From Squalus acanthias (taxonomy: Eukaryota), in the NCBI GenBank assembly GCA_030390025.1, contig JASTWF010000357.1, positions 248,001 through 312,000 of the forward strand: DNA of 64,000 bases, given 5' to 3'. Below the pieces are notes generated by a model. It did no database searches. It was not told where the DNA came from and saw only the letters and a list, made by a program, of their open reading frames with translations. Shown here piece by piece: positions 61,806 to 64,000 of the stretch (position 1 is its first letter; each line of letters opens with the position of its first letter). A program made the position numbers and the translations under genes.

Positions 61806-62740
61806 TTATCTCCAGATTGGACCGGGATATTTGTTTAACTTTTTCATTGTTTTGACAATAAATGTGCAAGGAGATTTCACCACATTCTTCAGCTCTTCCC
61901 TGAATTTAGTTTGGGTAGCTGCATAAATACACGTGTTTGTGCAGGAGCTCAAATACATGAGCATATATCCGGTTTCAGTGGCAATATAGGCAGGGGCTGC
62001 ATAATCGCCTCTGTAATGCACGGTGCTTGTCACTCTGGTAGTTACAAAATTAACGGTAGTTGTCAGCCACAACATTATAAAACTGCTCGATACAGTGAAC
62101 AGTAAAATAATGGATTTCTTTCGGTTCTCCATCTCTGGATCGCTCTGATTCTCACTGCTGTGACCCCGGAGTCCTCTGCGGGCTCTACTGGCCACTAAAA
62201 TACGTCTGACTGTCAAACAATTAAACAGTAATATCAAAACAAAAGCAAGCCAAGAAAAACAAATGCTTTGAAACCAAGAGAACGCCACACCTGTAGGCGA
62301 TGAAAAAAAGTCCACTCGAACGCGGCAACCCCAGTGAACATTTTTCACTATTCGCTCAGGTTCATATGCAAACCAAAAGAAGAGGCTCTGTAAAAAGTTC
62401 AGGACAGAGACCGTTGTTATAACCGCGGCCGCAGTTCTCACTGTGCAATACTTGGTTTTAAACTTCTCACAACATATAGCTACAAATCGGTCAAATGTGA
62501 ACGAGACTGTAAACCACACCGACAAATACAGGGCGACACATTGCACACATATAATTAACTTACAAACGGCAGTTAACGTCAGGAATGAATGTGGAAAGTG
62601 ATAACGTAAAATGCGATTCACTAATATATTGATGATCATGACCAGTAGATCTGCTGTTGCCATGGCCACCATGTAGACTGAGATACATCTGGAAAGGCCG
62701 CAGTTTCCTCTGGAGAGAATCACGATTGTCAGTAGGTTCG
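61806..62740 (-). CDS. GPR139-like class A GPCR, exon 2
   Basis: Hydrophobic TM segments, MATADLL, FTFDRFVAICC, SSCTNTCIY. Acceptor CTCTTTCTCACAG at 62741-62753. Open to the stop at 61806. Confidence 0.88.
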
Positions 62741-63490
62741 CTGTGAGAAAGAGGGACAAGAGTTCAGTAACGGGGTCACTCAGATAAATCTCACAGCATA
62801 TTGTGGGGAAATGTTCAGATGTGTCCCTACTTAGGGTTATGCACACGGATTGTTATCATGAATATAGGCGAGTGTTAACGTATTTTGTTTAACATAAATT
62901 ATTCATTGGACATTCAATATAGAGGGACTGAAATTCCATCATCCTTCCAGCATACTTCACTCAGGCTTTGTCAAATATTAAAAATAATTTCACGGCAATT
63001 AATGAAAAGATATAATTCAAATGAAACATTCAGCTGAGACAAAAACGTTCAATCTATGTCCAAATGCTGCCGAGGGGAGGGGAGCATCTTCCTGAGTGGA
63101 AATTATTTCTCAAAATATCTTTCGAAGTCCTCTGTTGGGTGGAGGTGGCTACAGTCCTAGGAATTATCAAATTAATATAGACAGGGAACAACGGCACAAA
63201 TGAGGTGAATATTATAGACACTGAGCAACACGTTCTTTAGTGATCTATGCACGGTTGGAGAGCCCGGTGAATTAGCCTCGCCCTCACACAGTATAGGGAG
63301 GAAGGTTGAGCGCCCGGTACAAAGGATCTGCCCATCGGAACAGCGGCCGCGCGGTCTGGTAGGATTCCCGCTGATATTCAGCGACTGATCCCGGTGGATG
63401 AATGAATCTGCAATGAGGACATTCTCGGAATATGTTGCATTAACATTGAGATAGACAACAGCTATTAGGCAACAGGATACATTGACTTAC

Positions 63491-63560
63491 CGGGAACGCC
63501 AAAGGCTGCGAGAACATGATAGTAAATGTCCCTTATCTGTAGAATTGCTGGCCGTGCCAT
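63491..63560 (-). CDS. GPR139-like GPCR, exon 1 (MARPAILQIRDIYYHVLAAFGVP)
   Basis: ATG at 63560 and donor G|GTAAGT. Phase 1 matches exon 2 (G|CG = Ala), giving a 334-aa protein with a complete TM1. Confidence 0.85.
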
Positions 63561-63639
63561 TGTTTTGCAGATATGTGTGAAGATTGAGCGGCTTTACGGT
63601 TCCGACTACAGTCAATCGGCGATACGTAAATGCTCCCCC

Positions 63640-63645
63640 TTTATA
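63640..63645 (-). promoter_or_regulatory. Candidate TATA box of the GPCR gene
   Basis: CCTATAAAGGGG on the minus strand, about 80 bp upstream of the ATG. Confidence 0.5.
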
Positions 63646-64000
63646 GGACCGCCGCTGCCCCTGTGAGAAAATCATGTTACACAATAATTGGCGTTAGTTA
63701 CAGCCACTTAACAAACAAGGGGCGATTTTCACCTTCAGTGCGCACCGGCCGCCGCTGGGGAAATTGTACAACTTAGTCCATGAAACTCCGTTCATTAAAA
63801 TCAATGAACGGAAAGTAATCCCAGAGGGAATGTGCTCTGCGAATCTCTGGTGAAAACTAAAGACAACATCCCTCCCGGACTCTGCATTAGGTTCTTGAAG
63901 TCACATGTTAATTTGGTGAACACGTCACTCATCCATTGTATAAAGATTTGTTTTGTACTGTGATGATGAATGATGATGAATCGGCTCCATGACTGACGAT

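Overview
Eukaryotic, repeat-dense vertebrate DNA, most likely a cartilaginous fish (shark-type CR1 LINEs, a V-SINE, a Penelope-like element and a GPR139-like receptor). Host content is small: one CSMD-family CUB exon (18664-18871, -), one complete two-exon GPR139-like GPCR gene (61806-63560, -), one intact tRNA-Asn gene and about ten tRNA variants or relics. The rest is nested retroelements, MITEs and minisatellites. The main finding concerns two near-identical, full-length Tx1-clade non-LTR retrotransposons (243-10769, -, and 20705-27900, +). Each sits at the same nucleotide of a different copy of a Penelope pseudo-LTR, antisense to it and 40 nt downstream of the predicted cleavage site of its minimal hammerhead ribozyme. 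Each Tx1 also carries its own 53-nt copy of the target plus a rearranged hammerhead half at its 5' end. A separate Penelope element in the window (57002-59127) shows the empty target. This looks like a sequence-specific retrotransposon that parasitises the ribozyme-bearing repeat of another retrotransposon. All comparisons were made by eye and no database searches were run, so novelty is unverified.
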